A stretch of DNA of 64,000 nucleotides from Cyanophyceae cyanobacterium (GCA_038321985.1 JBBQFN010000020.1:30819-94818), one strand, 5' to 3'; numbered from the stretch's first letter, positions 1-12,400 are shown. Made by a program: numbers and translations. The notes: generated by a model not told the origin, from the letters alone.

Positions 1-559
1 CTGTGAAGAAGCGGCGATCGATTTCGCTCAAAATTTGAAGCGATCGCAGAAACGACGGACCGCCAAATCTTCCCTAACCACAGGTGCAGCCAGCGATCGT
101 ACTGCCCAAGCCGTGGGTCGAATTGTCGGGTCTTTGTGTGTCGTTTCCGCTAAACGGGGGGATGTGATCAGTGGAATGTTAGCATCCTGGGTTTCCCAAG
201 GGTCATTTAATCCTCCGGGTCTCACCGTTGCCGTTGCCAGAGACCGCGCCTTAGAATCTCTGACCCATACTGGAGATAAATTTGTACTAAATATCTTAGC
301 CGAAGGGAAACAATTACGCAAGCATTTTATGAAGCGATTTGCTCCTGGAGAAGACCGATTTGCCGGGTTGGAAACAGAAGAAGCAGCAAACGGTTGTCCA
401 ATTTTGAAAGAATCCTTGGCTTATTTGGAATGTGTGGTTCAGAACCGCATGGAATGTGGCGATCATTGGGTGGTTTACGCCACGGTTGAAAATGGCAAAG
501 TGATAGATACCGAAGGGGTAACGGCGGTTCACTATCGCAAAACCGGGAGTCATTATTAA
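1..559 (+). CDS. C-terminal flavin-reductase domain of a flavodiiron (diflavin) flavoprotein; 5' end lies outside the window
   Basis: ASWVSQGSFNPPGLTVAVARDR ... ECGDHWVVY ... TAVHYRKTGSHY is the typical Flv C-terminus; the frame is open from the window start. Confidence 0.85.
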   Translation, partial: CEEAAIDFAQNLKRSQKRRTAKSSLTTGAASDRTAQAVGRIVGSLCVVSAKRGDVISGMLASWVSQGSFNPPGLTVAVARDRALESLTHTGDKFVLNILAEGKQLRKHFMKRFAPGEDRFAGLETEEAANGCPILKESLAYLECVVQNRMECGDHWVVYATVENGKVIDTEGVTAVHYRKTGSHY

Positions 560-618
560 ACCTGATTCCCCTTGAATACCAGCATTTCCTCACCCTCACA
601 AATCGAAGATTATTTCTA

Positions 619-660
619 AATCTAGTCCCCTCCCCCAGACATAGGGGAAGGGACTAGATT
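619..660. terminator. GC-rich hairpin downstream of flv
   Basis: aatctagtcccctcccc ... ggggaagggactagatt near-perfect inverted repeat. Confidence 0.6.
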
Positions 661-1052
661 GGATGAAGGTCTGAAAAACCCCACCCTCAATCCAGGATGA
701 CGCCACACAAACACACAAACAAAGCTTTACGGGGGCGGCGTCAAGATAGGATAGGTCTTTGACAACCCGATTGGGTATAAAGCATCCAGTCTTCTTCTGT
801 AACCGGAATGGATCCCATATCCTCCCTCTTTAGGTAGATATTTCTCGCCGAGTTTGGATTGGGTCCGACTTTTGATATAAAATCCTATCGTAATGTGCCG
901 ATCGCTTTCAGGCTTACTGTCTGGGGCGGGGGTGACCCACACTTGCATCGGCGCAGACACCGACTGGGTTTCTGGTGAAGTGCTTTTGATTCCTGCCGAA
1001 AAAAGCACGTTGCAGAGCAACCCTTAACAACACTTTGAGAGAGAATACTACC

Positions 1053-1655
1053 ATGACTTACGAACTTCCCCCTTTACCTTTTGATTACACCGCCCTTGAA
1101 CCCCATGTGTCCAAGAGCACCCTGGAGTTCCATCACGACAAACACCATGCCGCCTATGTCAACAACTACAACAACATGGTCAAAGGGACCGACATGGAGA
1201 GCAAATCCATTGAAGAGGTGATCAAAGCCACCTATAATGACTCCTCTAAAGCGGGAATCTTCAACAATGCCGCCCAAGCATGGAACCACACCTTCTACTG
1301 GAACTGCATCAAACCCAGTGGCGGGGGTCAACCCAGCGGAGAACTCGCCGACAAGATTGCGGCTGACTTTGGCAGTTTTGATAAATTTAAAGAAGAATTT
1401 AAAGCAGCTGCTGCAACCCAGTTTGGTAGCGGTTGGGCCTGGTTAGTATTGGATAAAGGCACCCTGAAGGTTACTAAAACCAGCAACGCCGAAAATCCAG
1501 TGGCAATGGGACTCACTCCCCTGTTAACCATTGATGTTTGGGAACACGCTTATTACCTAGACTACCAAAATAAGCGTCCTGACTACATTGAAACCTTCAT
1601 CAGCAGCTTAATTAACTGGGATTTTGTTGCTGAACAAATGAAAAAAGCCGCTTAA
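1053..1655 (+). CDS. sodB: Fe superoxide dismutase
   Basis: HHDKHH, FNNAAQAWNH (Fe-type signature) and DVWEHAYY motifs; ATG at 1053. Confidence 0.95.
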   Translation: MTYELPPLPFDYTALEPHVSKSTLEFHHDKHHAAYVNNYNNMVKGTDMESKSIEEVIKATYNDSSKAGIFNNAAQAWNHTFYWNCIKPSGGGQPSGELADKIAADFGSFDKFKEEFKAAAATQFGSGWAWLVLDKGTLKVTKTSNAENPVAMGLTPLLTIDVWEHAYYLDYQNKRPDYIETFISSLINWDFVAEQMKKAA

Positions 1656-1721
1656 TCCCCGGTTAAATAACCTTGAGTCACTCAGTAAGAGCGATCGCCC
1701 TTGCTAAGCGTACATCCTCGG

Positions 1722-1751
1722 CAGTCACGATCGCCTCGTGACTGTTTTTTT
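1722..1751 (+). terminator. Rho-independent terminator of sodB
   Basis: cagtcacga-tcgcc-tcgtgactg followed by a T tract. Confidence 0.85.
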
Positions 1752-1988
1752 GTCGTCCATTTCCCCGTTCCGTGCCATCATGACTTCATCCTGGGCAACA
1801 TCTATTTCCTATCCAAATGACCCCAGGTATAAACAGACCATCCAAAACGAACCCTTTTTTCAGGATTCTCCGCCCCTGTAGGCAACGGATCAATCCTAAT
1901 TCTATCCCCCCGATTCGGTGGATATCATGGTCAGGATCAGAGTCTAGTGGCCCTTGAACCCCATTCATTGCTTCCTCAGGTCAGAATT

Positions 1989-4166
1989 ATGACAACGACA
2001 AAAAACCCCCAGGAAACGACAACTGAGATTAACTTAAAAGATTCGCAATACTACTTCAACCGAGAATTAAGTTGGGTTGAATTTAATTACCGAGTCTTAA
2101 ATGAAGCCTTGGATCCGCGCACGCCCCTATTAGAACGTCTAAAATTTTTAGCGATTTTTAGTGCTAATTTAGACGAATATTTCATGGTAAGGATTGCCGG
2201 ACTTAAACAGCAAGTAGAAGCCCGAGTTTCTTCCCTAACTCCGGATGGGCGCAGCCCCCAACAACAACTAGATGAAGTTGGCAATCGCCTGCATCCAATG
2301 GTGGCCGAACAACATCAGCATTTTGAAAGAATCCTTCGTCCAGAACTCATCGCCTCCGGCATCCAAATTCTGGATTATATGGATCTGAATCAGGAACAGC
2401 GCAGCTATCTCCAGCAGTATTTTGAAGAAGAAGTTTTCCCAGTTCTCACCCCTTTAGCTGTAGATCCGGGACATCCATTTCCCTATATTTCTAACCGCAG
2501 TCTCAATCTGGCAGTTGTCATTAAAGACCCAGATACTGAGGAGGAATTTTTTGCTCGGGTGAAAGTTCCCAAAGTTTTACCCCGGTTTGTTCCCATTCCC
2601 GAAGCACCCAGAGACATACGCAGCAGCCATGGAGACGGGCAACCTAAAACTTGGACATTTACCCCATTAGAACAGGTAATTGCTCACAACTTAGAATTCT
2701 TGTTTCCCGGGATGAATATTTTGGAATATCACCCGTTTCGAGTAACACGGAACGCGGATATTGCCCTAGAAGAAGATGAAGCCGATGATTTACTTTTGGC
2801 GATCGAACAGGAAATTCGCAAGCGCCGGGTAGGGGGTTCGGTGGTCAGAATGGAAATCCAATCGGATATTCCTTTAGCAGTGCGCGAGATGCTGCGGGAG
2901 GAATTGGGCTTAGTTCATCATGAAGTCTATGAAGTAGAGGGATTGCTGGGGTTAGTGGACTTGATGGGGTTGATGAATTTACCCCTTCCCCACCTCAAAT
3001 ATCCGGTCTGGAATCCAGTCGTACCGGCCCCTTTTCGGCGTCTGGGAAAACTCCCATCGGAACCGAATCGGATGGATATGGAAGAGACGGAAGATTTCTT
3101 TGCGTTGATTCGATCGCGCGATTTACTGCTGCATCATCCCTATCATTCTTTTAGTGCGACGGTGCAGCGGTTTATTACCCAGGCGGCCTACGATCCGGCG
3201 GTATTAGCTATTAAAATGACTCTGTACCGGACCTCTGGGGACTCGCCGATTGTGAATGCCTTAATTGCGGCGGCGGAAAATGGAAAACAGGTGGCAGTTT
3301 TAGTGGAGCTCAAAGCTCGCTTTGATGAAGAAAACAATATTTCCTGGGCGCGAAAGTTAGAAAAAGTTGGCGTTCATGTAGTTTATGGGTTGGTGGGATT
3401 AAAAACTCATACTAAAGTGGGGATGGTGGTACGTCGAGAAGCCGATGGCATCCGACGATATGCTCATATTGGAACAGGGAATTACAACCCGAAAACTGCC
3501 CGACTTTATACGGATTTGGGACTAATTACCTGCCGGGAGGATTTGGGGGCAGATTTGACGGATTTGTTTAATTATTTGACGGGGTATTCCCGACAGCGGT
3601 CCTATCGGAGTCTGTTAGTTGCGCCCGTGAACTTAAGGGAACGGATGACGGCATTGGTGCAGCGGGAAATCGACAATTCCAAACAGGGAAAAGTCGGTCG
3701 AATTGTTCTGAAAATGAATGCCTTAGTAGACCCGAAAATGATTATCAAGCTCTATGAAGCATCCCGGGCGGGTGTGCAAATTGATTTGATTGTGCGGGGG
3801 ATGTGCTGTTTGCGTCCGGGGGTTCCGAATGTGAGTGAAAATATCCGGGTTTTAAGTGTAGTTGGGCGGTTTTTAGAGCATTCCCGGATTTTTTACTTTT
3901 ATAATAACGGGGCAGAAGAGGTGTACATTGGCAGTGCCGATTGGATGCCGCGCAACCTGAACCGTCGGGTTGAGGCAATTATCCCAGTGCAGGACCCGGA
4001 TTTGGCAAAGGACCTTCAGGAAATTCTGGGGATTATGTTGGCAGATAACCGACAAGCGTGGGAGTTACAGCCCGATGGGAGTTATGTACAGAGGCGGGGG
4101 GCGAATGATGCGATCGCCCAAAGTGCTCAGAATATTTTGATGGAAATGGCCCTGCAACAAGGGTGA
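1989..4166 (+). CDS. ppk1: Polyphosphate kinase 1
   Basis: YFNRELSW, ELKARFDEENN, KTHTK, HIGTGNYN and RFLEHSR motifs. Confidence 0.97.
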   Translation: MTTTKNPQETTTEINLKDSQYYFNRELSWVEFNYRVLNEALDPRTPLLERLKFLAIFSANLDEYFMVRIAGLKQQVEARVSSLTPDGRSPQQQLDEVGNRLHPMVAEQHQHFERILRPELIASGIQILDYMDLNQEQRSYLQQYFEEEVFPVLTPLAVDPGHPFPYISNRSLNLAVVIKDPDTEEEFFARVKVPKVLPRFVPIPEAPRDIRSSHGDGQPKTWTFTPLEQVIAHNLEFLFPGMNILEYHPFRVTRNADIALEEDEADDLLLAIEQEIRKRRVGGSVVRMEIQSDIPLAVREMLREELGLVHHEVYEVEGLLGLVDLMGLMNLPLPHLKYPVWNPVVPAPFRRLGKLPSEPNRMDMEETEDFFALIRSRDLLLHHPYHSFSATVQRFITQAAYDPAVLAIKMTLYRTSGDSPIVNALIAAAENGKQVAVLVELKARFDEENNISWARKLEKVGVHVVYGLVGLKTHTKVGMVVRREADGIRRYAHIGTGNYNPKTARLYTDLGLITCREDLGADLTDLFNYLTGYSRQRSYRSLLVAPVNLRERMTALVQREIDNSKQGKVGRIVLKMNALVDPKMIIKLYEASRAGVQIDLIVRGMCCLRPGVPNVSENIRVLSVVGRFLEHSRIFYFYNNGAEEVYIGSADWMPRNLNRRVEAIIPVQDPDLAKDLQEILGIMLADNRQAWELQPDGSYVQRRGANDAIAQSAQNILMEMALQQG

Positions 4167-4184
4167 TCCAGTGTGAATCTCAGG

Positions 4185-4209
4185 GTAGGGGCGCAACTTT
4201 TGCGCCCCT
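4185..4209. repeat. GTAG-headed REP-like palindrome between convergent genes
   Basis: gtaggggcgcaa-cttt-tgcgcccct. Confidence 0.6.
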
Positions 4210-4250
4210 GGACCGAAACGGTTAGGCGCAGTTTTGCTGCTAACCGATGC

Positions 4251-4433
4251 TTAGGCGATCGGGCGATCTTTAAAGGTGCGGTTGAATTCATCCAGCAAAT
4301 CGTCGAGTTCTTCGATCGCCTGATTGACGTCAATTCTAAGCGTCCCTAGGTTGGGTTGCTCTAACAGTCGCACGAGGGTTTCCCGTTTGTCTGCGATCGC
4401 ACTCACCTGTTCTCTGAGTTTTTGTTCTTCCAT
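4251..4433 (-). CDS. Small helical hypothetical protein, probably conserved in cyanobacteria
   Basis: 60-aa ORF with amphipathic helices (LLEQPNLGTLRIDVNQAIEELDDL) and a purine-rich stretch upstream. Confidence 0.7.
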   Translation of the reverse strand: MEEQKLREQVSAIADKRETLVRLLEQPNLGTLRIDVNQAIEELDDLLDEFNRTFKDRPIA

Positions 4434-4808
4434 TCTGCCGTCCCCTTGTTTTGGCTACTTTACAGGTAAACCGTTTTCTCGATGCCGCTCATTTTAAGCT
4501 GCGGCAGCTTCCTTCATTATAAAATCTGCATATATAGGCCAGTCTAAATCAATTGGATGATTCTTGGACCAGCTTTTCCCTAGGGTAGGGGTTCCCCCTG
4601 TCCAGATTGCGGGGCGATCGCAGTTTTATCCCTCTCACCCCCGGAAGCGAAGGGGCCCGGGGTCAAGAAGCCACCCCATTTTACCCTCGATTCACAAGGG
4701 TAGTCAGGACTGCTCCCAAAACAGGAGGCACAATTGTTGTGGTGCGATCGAGAACAGGAGACAATAGAACTTTACCACTCGGCAGCGATCGTTCATTCAC
4801 TCCTTATC

Positions 4809-5354
4809 ATGTTAGCTAAACTTTCTTTGGGAACCCTGGGTTTATCCCTCGGTAGTCTAATCACCGTGGTTGGCTTCTACGCTTACTTTAACGACTACGC
4901 CACCTTAAATCTCGCCGGATTCTTTTATGGCATTCCCCTATTACTCGGTGGATTGGCACTAAAAGCGGCAGAACTCAAGCCGATCCCATTCACTCATCCC
5001 ACTTCCCCCGATGTCCTGGAACTGCGAGAAAAACAAGGGACGGAAATTCAAAATCAAATTCGTAAAGATATCACCCGCTATCGCTATGGACAAGATGCAC
5101 ATCTTGATGATTCTTTAGAACGCTTTGGCCTAAATCCCTCCGATGAAGCCCGTCCCCTTCTGGTTGGCATCCGCGAAGAGAATTTTGAAGGATGCTATAC
5201 CTTGATTTTAGAATTTGACTCCCCTCAATTTCCTTTAGAAATTTGGCAGCAAAAACAAGAGAAAATCGAAAAGTTTTATGGGCCGGGCATCTCGGTTAAA
5301 TGCGAAAATCCCTCAAAAAATCGCATTGAGGTCGCTTTAATTTCTCAGCCTTAG
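4809..5354 (+). CDS. DUF2854 family membrane protein
   Basis: Two N-terminal TM helices, LNLAGFFYGIPLLLGGLALKAAELKP, RKDITRYRYGQDAHL. Confidence 0.85.
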   Translation: MLAKLSLGTLGLSLGSLITVVGFYAYFNDYATLNLAGFFYGIPLLLGGLALKAAELKPIPFTHPTSPDVLELREKQGTEIQNQIRKDITRYRYGQDAHLDDSLERFGLNPSDEARPLLVGIREENFEGCYTLILEFDSPQFPLEIWQQKQEKIEKFYGPGISVKCENPSKNRIEVALISQP

Positions 5355-5439
5355 ATTTCGGATAACATCGGAAGAGTAGGGAGCCAAACGCTCCCACTCC
5401 TCAAGCCTCTGGCCTAAATCAGTTAAATTTATTTTATAT

Positions 5440-5700
5440 TTATTTTTCCAATCGGACGACATACCATTGAAAAAATTTTCCCGGGCCTAAATCAAATTCA
5501 CAGCTCGTTTCTAAAAGATATTGAGCTTGGGCTTCGATTGTCGAGAACTTTTGTAAATCTCGGGGCAAATTATCCTGGCGATCGCCTAAAATTGCTTTGA
5601 GCTTAGCTAGCAATTCCTCAGCGGTGAGTAATTGTTCCGGTTGATTCACTTCTAAAACAACGAAATGAGTTTCGTCTTGATACATTAATGAGTTAGGCAT
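5440..5700 (-). CDS. crr7: Chlororespiratory reduction protein 7 (CRR7, NDH-1 assembly)
   Basis: MYQDETHFVVLE...EQLLT...QWYVVRLEK pattern, 86 aa. Confidence 0.85.
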   Translation of the reverse strand: MPNSLMYQDETHFVVLEVNQPEQLLTAEELLAKLKAILGDRQDNLPRDLQKFSTIEAQAQYLLETSCEFDLGPGKFFQWYVVRLEK

Positions 5701-6253
5701 CGGGGGATTCTACTGAGTTATTTGGGTGATTTTTTTGGGGATGCAACCCGTCCGGGAGCCGTTTCGAGTCTGGCAAAAAGCACTGGACTGGGTTTGTTTT
5801 TTCTTATACATCATCCCTGGTATTTTTTAGTTCCTGAGTTTGGACCGCACCCATCTCGGCAGAATTTGGCGTTGCAGTCGTCATATTCGAGGAGTGCTCG
5901 GCAAGTTCCCTAGAGTTGAGCGCCTTTGGACCAATCCCCAGGGATGAGCGCAGGGATTTCAATGCGATCGCCGTCCCCCTATTACACTTTAGCAAAGAAT
6001 CCGGATTTGCTTGCTTCAATCTCCCCTAATTTCGCTAAAATTATAAAACAATTGTATCAGGGTTCTATCTTCGATTCCTCCATTTCAACAAAATAAAATG
6101 GAGAACACGGCTCAACGGATTTTACAATCGATCGCTCGCCTTAAAAAAATACAAACAGGTCAGCCCGAGAGAAAGCCGTTCAATCAATAGGAAGTAAAAG
6201 GCAAGGGGACAAGAGATAGAAATGGAACGCGAGAAAATGGAAAAGGGGGATCA

Positions 6254-9200
6254 ATGCAGAACCAAGTTTTAGGCTTGTTCACAGACAGAGCGATCGCCCA
6301 TCTGTCCGGGGAGAGTATCCTCTCATTTATACCCCACGGGCATTGTTACTTATGGAAGCCCGGGTTAGTGGGGCTTCATGTTGCCTCTGATGCAATGATT
6401 GGCCTTTCCTATTTTGCGATTCCAGTGATGCTGTGGTATTTTACCCGGGAGCGAGACGACCTTCCATTTAGTTGGATTTTTGTCTTGTTTGGTGCCTTTA
6501 TCCTCTGTTGTGGCAGCAGCCATTTAATAGAAATCTGGACCCTGTGGCATCCAGATTATTGGTTATCCGGAGGAATCAAAGCAGTCACTGCCGGAGTCTC
6601 CCTCGCCACAGCGATTTTACTGATCCCCCTGATTCCAAAAGCCTTGGCCTTGCCCTCCCCAGAACAGCTAGAGCAAGCGAATCAGCAACTCCACAAGGAA
6701 ATGGCAGAACGGCAGCAAGTCGAAATCGCGTTGCGGGAAAACGCAGCGCTTTTGAGGACTGTCTTTGAGCGATCGGCGATGGGAATTGCCCTGGTGACTC
6801 CAGAAGGAGACATCACTCAAACGAATATGGCCTTGCAACAGATGCTCGCATATAGCGCCGAAGAACTGAGCACCATGACCTTGAGCGACTTTAGCGAAGA
6901 CCCGGACGAGACCCAACCGGATCAGGAAAAAGCAGTCGGACAAGAGCGATGGGCCAAGAGCGTCTATGCCCAAAACAAGAATTACCTGCGTAAAGATGGA
7001 GAAATCCGCACCGCTCAAGTGCTAGTTTCTGAAATTGAGAAAGAGGATGGGAAACCGGCCTTAACTATTTTGATGGTAGAGGATATTACGGAGCGAAAAC
7101 AGCAGGACAAAGCCCTGCGATCGCTGAACTTGGAACTAGAAAAGCGGGTTGCCGAACGAAGCGCACAATGGCAAACGGCTAACGAGGAACTACGCGCAGA
7201 AATTAACGAACGCAAGCGGATAGAAGCAGCACTCATAGAGAGTACAGCGCACATCCGAACCCTAGTCACCCATGCGCCGGTCGTCCTCTACGCCACCGAT
7301 TGCAATGGCCGGATTACCCTATTGGAAGGAAAAGGACAGCCCTCCCTCGGTTTGAACCCCGAAACAGCAGTGGGTGCATCCATTTTTGAATGGTACGCCG
7401 ATGATCCGAGTATTCTCAACCAGATCCATCAGGTGTTGATGGGGAAAGAAGAAAGCTGGACAGGCAATTGGAATGGATTAATTTATGAAAATAAATTGAC
7501 CCCACTCTGGGATGAAGACGGCAACATCATCGGGGCGATCGGGGTAGCCACGGATAGGACCGAACAGGTGCGATCGCAAGAAGCCCTGCGCCAAAGTGAA
7601 GAACTTTATCGCACCCTCACCCGCAATTTTCCCGGGGGTGTCGTCTTCCTCTTAGACCAAAATCAACGGTTTTTACTGGCTGAAGGGGCTGGTTTAGAAA
7701 CCGCCGGTTTTTCTAAAACCGTCTTCAAAGGCAAAACCTTAAACGAGGTTTTTTCCTTAGAAGCCCTAACCATCCTAGAGGAAAGTATTCATGCGGCTGA
7801 AACCACCTCAAGCGTCAGAGAAATATCCTGGAATGGCCGGTGGTACGTTACCCATACCGTACCCGTGCGCACGGAAACCAGCCTACATGACTCCGTGATG
7901 GTGGTGGCTCAGGATATCACCGATCGCAAAAGAGCACAAGAGGAACTGGATCGCTTCTTTACCCTCTCCCTAGATATGCTCTGTATCGCCGGATTCGATG
8001 GGTATTTTAAACTGCTTAATCCAGCCTGGGGAAAAATCCTCGGTTACACAGACGAAGAACTACTCTCCCAACCCTTTTTGGCATTCGTCCATCCCGACGA
8101 TTGCGCCGCGACGGTAGCAGAAACCGAGAAACTGAGCAACTTGAACGTTGATACCCTTGGCTTCGAGAACCGCTATCGCTGTAAAGATGGCTCCTATCGT
8201 TGGATCCGCTGGAACGCCACCCCCTTTCGTGAACAAGGATTACTCTACTGTGTCGCCCACGATATTACCGATCGCAAGCAAGCCGAAGAAGCCCTGCAAG
8301 AAAGCGTCGCCCAATTGGAAATCGTCTTTGAAGGGGCGGGGATTGGCATCGCCCTAGCCACGGTGGATGAAGGACGGGTTTTAAAGAGCAATCCCGCCTT
8401 TGAAAAAATGCTGGGCTACAAGGGCGATGAACTTTCTAAAATGACCTTTTCTGAGTTTACCGACCCCGAAGATTTGCCTAAAGAACTGCCTCTACTTCAG
8501 AGGATGTTAGGTGGAGAACTGCCCAATTACGAAATCCAAAAGCGCTTTATTTGCAAAGGCGGCTCAATCATTTGGGTTGATTTGACGGTTTCCATCGTTC
8601 GGGATATTAATGGCAATAATAAATTTGCCGTAGGCATGGTTCAGGATATTACCGAACGCTTCCAAGCGGCCGAAGCCCTCCGCCAGAGTGAAGAAAAATA
8701 TCGATCAGTGGTGGATAACATTAAAGAAGTGATTTTCCAAACCGATGCCACAGGTTCCTTGACCTTTCTAAATCCGGCTTGGGAAGAAATTACCGGATTT
8801 GAAATTGATCAGAGCATCGGCACTTCATGGCTGAAGTACATTTATGAACCGGACCTCCCGCCCTTTACCCAATACCTAGAAGGGTTCATTTCTGGAGAAC
8901 AACAGAACTGTCAAGATGAGATGCGATACCGAACGAAAGCCGGAGGCTACCGTTGGATTGAGGTATTTGCCCGAGGGAGTCGGAATCAGGCGGGAGAGTT
9001 GATAGGGATTAGTGGCACCCTCAATGATATTACCTTCCGCAAACAGGCTGAGTGGGAAAAGATGCAATTAATTGCTTCTTTAAAAGAGAGTGAGGCGGCA
9101 ATTCGGGCGCTTTATTCCGTAACTGCCGATCGCTCTCTAGACTTTGATTCTCGGCTGTCGCGGATGTTAGAAATGGGATGTCAGCGGTTTAACTTGGAAA

Positions 9201-12200
9201 TAGGTATGGTCGCTCGTCTGGACAGCCCGATGGAGAGAACAGACGGGATTAATCGGGCTTCTAGCATCGAGGCGATCGCCGTACAATTACCCTCTAATGC
9301 CTTATTTAGATTGACCAAAGGCGATGCCTTTAAATTAGAACTCACCTATTCCTCCGTTGCCATCCAGAAATCGGAGCCAGTCTGTATCCACGCTGCCGGT
9401 GAATCCGAGTGGCGGGACCATCCGGCCTATAAAACTCGCCAATTAGAAGCCTATCTTGGAGTGCGAGTGATGGTGGGAGGCTCGGTTTACGGCTGCTTGA
9501 GCTTTTCCTCTCCCCAGGCTAAAACTCAATCCTTTAAATCCGCCGATCAAGATTTATTGAAACTGATGGCACAGTGGATCGGCGGTGAGATCGAGCGGAA
9601 TCAGGCTCAGATAGCGCTGAAACGGCAACTACATCGCAGTCTGCTCCTGGGGCAGATTAGCCGGGAAATTCGCCAAAGTTTAGACGCCCAAAAGATTTTT
9701 CACACTACCGCCACTCAGATCGGCCAGGCATTTGGGGTGAGTCGTTGTTTGATTCATAGTTACATCCCGACCGACCCCCCGAAAATGCCCTTAGTTGCGG
9801 AGTATTCACAGCTAGGGTATCAATCGATGACGGCCTTTGAAGTGCCAATTGAGGGAAATCCCCATGCGGAACAGGTATTATCCCACGATGTGGCCCTGGC
9901 CATCCCTGATGTCTATAAGGAACCCTTACTCAAGGGGTCTGCGGCGCTCTGCCGGGAAATTGGATTGAAGTCGATGTTGAGCGTCCGCACCTCCTATCAG
10001 GGGGTACCCAATGGGGTGATCGGGATGCATCAGTGCGATCGCTTCCGACGCTGGACCCGCGAGGAAATTGAGTTGTGTGAAGCCGTCGCGGAACAAGTGG
10101 GGATTGCTCTAGCTCACTCCCAACTTTTGGAACAGGAAACCCTCGCCCGTCAGGAAGTGGCTCAAAAAAGCGAAGCGGCTTTGCAAGCGCGGGAAGCGGC
10201 AGAAGCCGCTAACCGTGCTAAAAGTGAATTCCTCGCCACGATGAGCCACGAAATCCGTACCCCCATGAATGCGGTCATTGGGATGACAGGGTTGTTACTG
10301 GATACGGCGTTGAATGAGGATCAGCGCGATTTTGTAGAAACCATTCGCACCAGTGGTGATGCCCTACTGACGATTATTAATGACATCCTGGACTTCTCTA
10401 AGATTGAGTCTGGGAAGATGGATTTGGAGGAACACCCCTTTAATCTGCGTACCTGCATTGAGGAATGTCTGGACCTAGTGGCATCTAAAGCCGCAGAAAA
10501 ACATCTAGAACTGGCCTATTTGTTCGATCCTCAAACCCCAGAGGGAATCATCGGCGATGTCACTCGATTACGTCAAATTTTGGTGAATCTCCTCAGTAAT
10601 GCGGTCAAATTCACGGAGGAAGGGGAGACGATCGTCTCGATAAATGCGACGTTGGTACAGGATGGCACCTTGGGGAAACCGAGCAAAGCTGGAACTGAAG
10701 CTGATCTGTATCAAATTCACTTTGCAGTCAAAGATACGGGGGTGGGTATTCCCCCCGATCGCATGAATCGACTGTTTAAGTCATTTTCTCAGGTGGATTC
10801 CTCCACAACGCGCAAATATGGCGGAACGGGTTTAGGTTTAGCGATCGCCAAGCGTCTGAGTGAACTAATGGGCGGTACGATGTGGGCTGAAAGTCAACCC
10901 GGCATGGGTTCAACGTTCCATTTTACAATCCGCGCCCCAGGGACGTCGGAGTTGACTTCGGCGACTCTTGAAGATGAAGTTCCCCAACTCACAGGCAAGC
11001 ACCTGCTGATTGTGGATGATAATGCCACCAATCGCCTGATTCTCACCCGACAAGCCCAATCCTGGGGAATGCTGCCCTACGCAGCAGCTTCGGGTCCCGA
11101 AGGGTTGGCGCAGTTGCAACATCCGGATACCCATTTTGACCTAGCTATTCTAGATATGCAGATGCCGGAAATGGACGGGTTGGCCCTAGCTGCGGCCATC
11201 CGTCAGATCCCCCAGGGCGATCGCTTACCGTTGGTTATGTTAACGTCTTTGGGTTGGCAACCGGCTTCTGAGCAGGCTTCTAAGCTCGATTTTGCCGCGT
11301 TTTTGAGTAAGCCGATTAAACAATCCCAACTGTTCGATATTTTGATTGGGATTTTCTCTCGACAATCAAACGGGAATGCTGCTAGGGTCCGTCGTGATTC
11401 ATCTTTTCCGCGCCAGTCCACTCCCCCCGTGAGCGATCGCCCCTTAAAGATTCTATTAGCGGAAGATAATGTGGTTAACCAAAAGGTGGCGTTACGGATT
11501 TTAGAGCGCATGGGATATCGTGCAGACCTTGCCAGCAACGGATTGGAGGCGATCGAAGCCCTGAATCGTCAAAGCTACGATGTCATTCTCATGGACGTTC
11601 AAATGCCTGAAATGGATGGCTTAGAAGCAACTCGCCGCATCTGCTTGGAATGGACCCAACGCCGGGATGTTTCCCCAATGGGACGCCCTTGGATTATTGC
11701 GATGACGGCTAACGCTATGCAGGGCGATCGCGAAGTCTGTCTCGCCGCAGGAATGGATGATTACATCAGTAAACCCATTCGCATGGAAGCACTCTCTCTC
11801 GCGCTTTCGGGCTGTCACCTGTATTCAGAAGGGGTGACTCACACACAGACATCAAATCGACCTTCCCCCACCCTCGCATCGGAGTCTGAACCCAGTCCCT
11901 TTCCCAGTCCCCCCCACCCTCTCGAAAGCACGCTTCTCGATCCTGAAGCTAGAGTTAATACTCAAGCGTTCAATTCATCGTCCTCTTCTTTATCTCCCAT
12001 GTCTAATTCTTCATTCCCCCTCTCTATACCTGAACCTCCCCTTGATGCCCACGCCTTGCAAAACTTACGAGAAATGGTTGGCGAAGACGATCTAGAAGCG
12101 TTTGCTGAAGTCGTTGAGAGTTATCTGGAAGATCTACCGGATTTGTTACAAGCCATTAAAACCTCTGTACAAGATCAAGATGCCCCAACCCTGCATCGAT

Positions 12201-12400
12201 CCGCTCACACCCTAAAATCCACCAGTGCCACCCTGGGTGCTAAACCCCTAGCTCAATTGAGTAAACAGCTAGAAAAACTCGGACGAACTAGCTCAGAAGA
12301 GGGAACTAACTTACCCGCAGAGGCAGTGGAACTGGTGCAATCAATTTACTTGGAATACGAACGCCTCAAGCCTGCCTTAGAACATGAGTTGAATCGATAA
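6254..12400 (+). CDS. Hybrid histidine kinase: ETR1-like TM sensor, 6 PAS/PAC, 2 GAF, HisKA-HATPase, 2 REC, Hpt
   Basis: [13 protein letters not shown] and ILCCGSSHL; six DIT(E/D)R-type PAS ends; [23 protein letters not shown]; two receiver domains; AHTLKSTS Hpt motif. Confidence 0.92.
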   Translation: MQNQVLGLFTDRAIAHLSGESILSFIPHGHCYLWKPGLVGLHVASDAMIGLSYFAIPVMLWYFTRERDDLPFSWIFVLFGAFILCCGSSHLIEIWTLWHPDYWLSGGIKAVTAGVSLATAILLIPLIPKALALPSPEQLEQANQQLHKEMAERQQVEIALRENAALLRTVFERSAMGIALVTPEGDITQTNMALQQMLAYSAEELSTMTLSDFSEDPDETQPDQEKAVGQERWAKSVYAQNKNYLRKDGEIRTAQVLVSEIEKEDGKPALTILMVEDITERKQQDKALRSLNLELEKRVAERSAQWQTANEELRAEINERKRIEAALIESTAHIRTLVTHAPVVLYATDCNGRITLLEGKGQPSLGLNPETAVGASIFEWYADDPSILNQIHQVLMGKEESWTGNWNGLIYENKLTPLWDEDGNIIGAIGVATDRTEQVRSQEALRQSEELYRTLTRNFPGGVVFLLDQNQRFLLAEGAGLETAGFSKTVFKGKTLNEVFSLEALTILEESIHAAETTSSVREISWNGRWYVTHTVPVRTETSLHDSVMVVAQDITDRKRAQEELDRFFTLSLDMLCIAGFDGYFKLLNPAWGKILGYTDEELLSQPFLAFVHPDDCAATVAETEKLSNLNVDTLGFENRYRCKDGSYRWIRWNATPFREQGLLYCVAHDITDRKQAEEALQESVAQLEIVFEGAGIGIALATVDEGRVLKSNPAFEKMLGYKGDELSKMTFSEFTDPEDLPKELPLLQRMLGGELPNYEIQKRFICKGGSIIWVDLTVSIVRDINGNNKFAVGMVQDITERFQAAEALRQSEEKYRSVVDNIKEVIFQTDATGSLTFLNPAWEEITGFEIDQSIGTSWLKYIYEPDLPPFTQYLEGFISGEQQNCQDEMRYRTKAGGYRWIEVFARGSRNQAGELIGISGTLNDITFRKQAEWEKMQLIASLKESEAAIRALYSVTADRSLDFDSRLSRMLEMGCQRFNLEIGMVARLDSPMERTDGINRASSIEAIAVQLPSNALFRLTKGDAFKLELTYSSVAIQKSEPVCIHAAGESEWRDHPAYKTRQLEAYLGVRVMVGGSVYGCLSFSSPQAKTQSFKSADQDLLKLMAQWIGGEIERNQAQIALKRQLHRSLLLGQISREIRQSLDAQKIFHTTATQIGQAFGVSRCLIHSYIPTDPPKMPLVAEYSQLGYQSMTAFEVPIEGNPHAEQVLSHDVALAIPDVYKEPLLKGSAALCREIGLKSMLSVRTSYQGVPNGVIGMHQCDRFRRWTREEIELCEAVAEQVGIALAHSQLLEQETLARQEVAQKSEAALQAREAAEAANRAKSEFLATMSHEIRTPMNAVIGMTGLLLDTALNEDQRDFVETIRTSGDALLTIINDILDFSKIESGKMDLEEHPFNLRTCIEECLDLVASKAAEKHLELAYLFDPQTPEGIIGDVTRLRQILVNLLSNAVKFTEEGETIVSINATLVQDGTLGKPSKAGTEADLYQIHFAVKDTGVGIPPDRMNRLFKSFSQVDSSTTRKYGGTGLGLAIAKRLSELMGGTMWAESQPGMGSTFHFTIRAPGTSELTSATLEDEVPQLTGKHLLIVDDNATNRLILTRQAQSWGMLPYAAASGPEGLAQLQHPDTHFDLAILDMQMPEMDGLALAAAIRQIPQGDRLPLVMLTSLGWQPASEQASKLDFAAFLSKPIKQSQLFDILIGIFSRQSNGNAARVRRDSSFPRQSTPPVSDRPLKILLAEDNVVNQKVALRILERMGYRADLASNGLEAIEALNRQSYDVILMDVQMPEMDGLEATRRICLEWTQRRDVSPMGRPWIIAMTANAMQGDREVCLAAGMDDYISKPIRMEALSLALSGCHLYSEGVTHTQTSNRPSPTLASESEPSPFPSPPHPLESTLLDPEARVNTQAFNSSSSSLSPMSNSSFPLSIPEPPLDAHALQNLREMVGEDDLEAFAEVVESYLEDLPDLLQAIKTSVQDQDAPTLHRSAHTLKSTSATLGAKPLAQLSKQLEKLGRTSSEEGTNLPAEAVELVQSIYLEYERLKPALEHELNR

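Noticed and set aside
4787..4810. atcgttcattc, resembling the start of a glutamine (glnA/downstream-peptide) riboswitch
   Set aside because: The downstream CGGAAGUA core and stems are absent; it runs straight into the DUF2854 start codon
9660..10120. Second GAF domain as a cyanobacteriochrome photosensor
   Set aside because: Lacks the DxCF-type and Cys-His bilin attachment motifs
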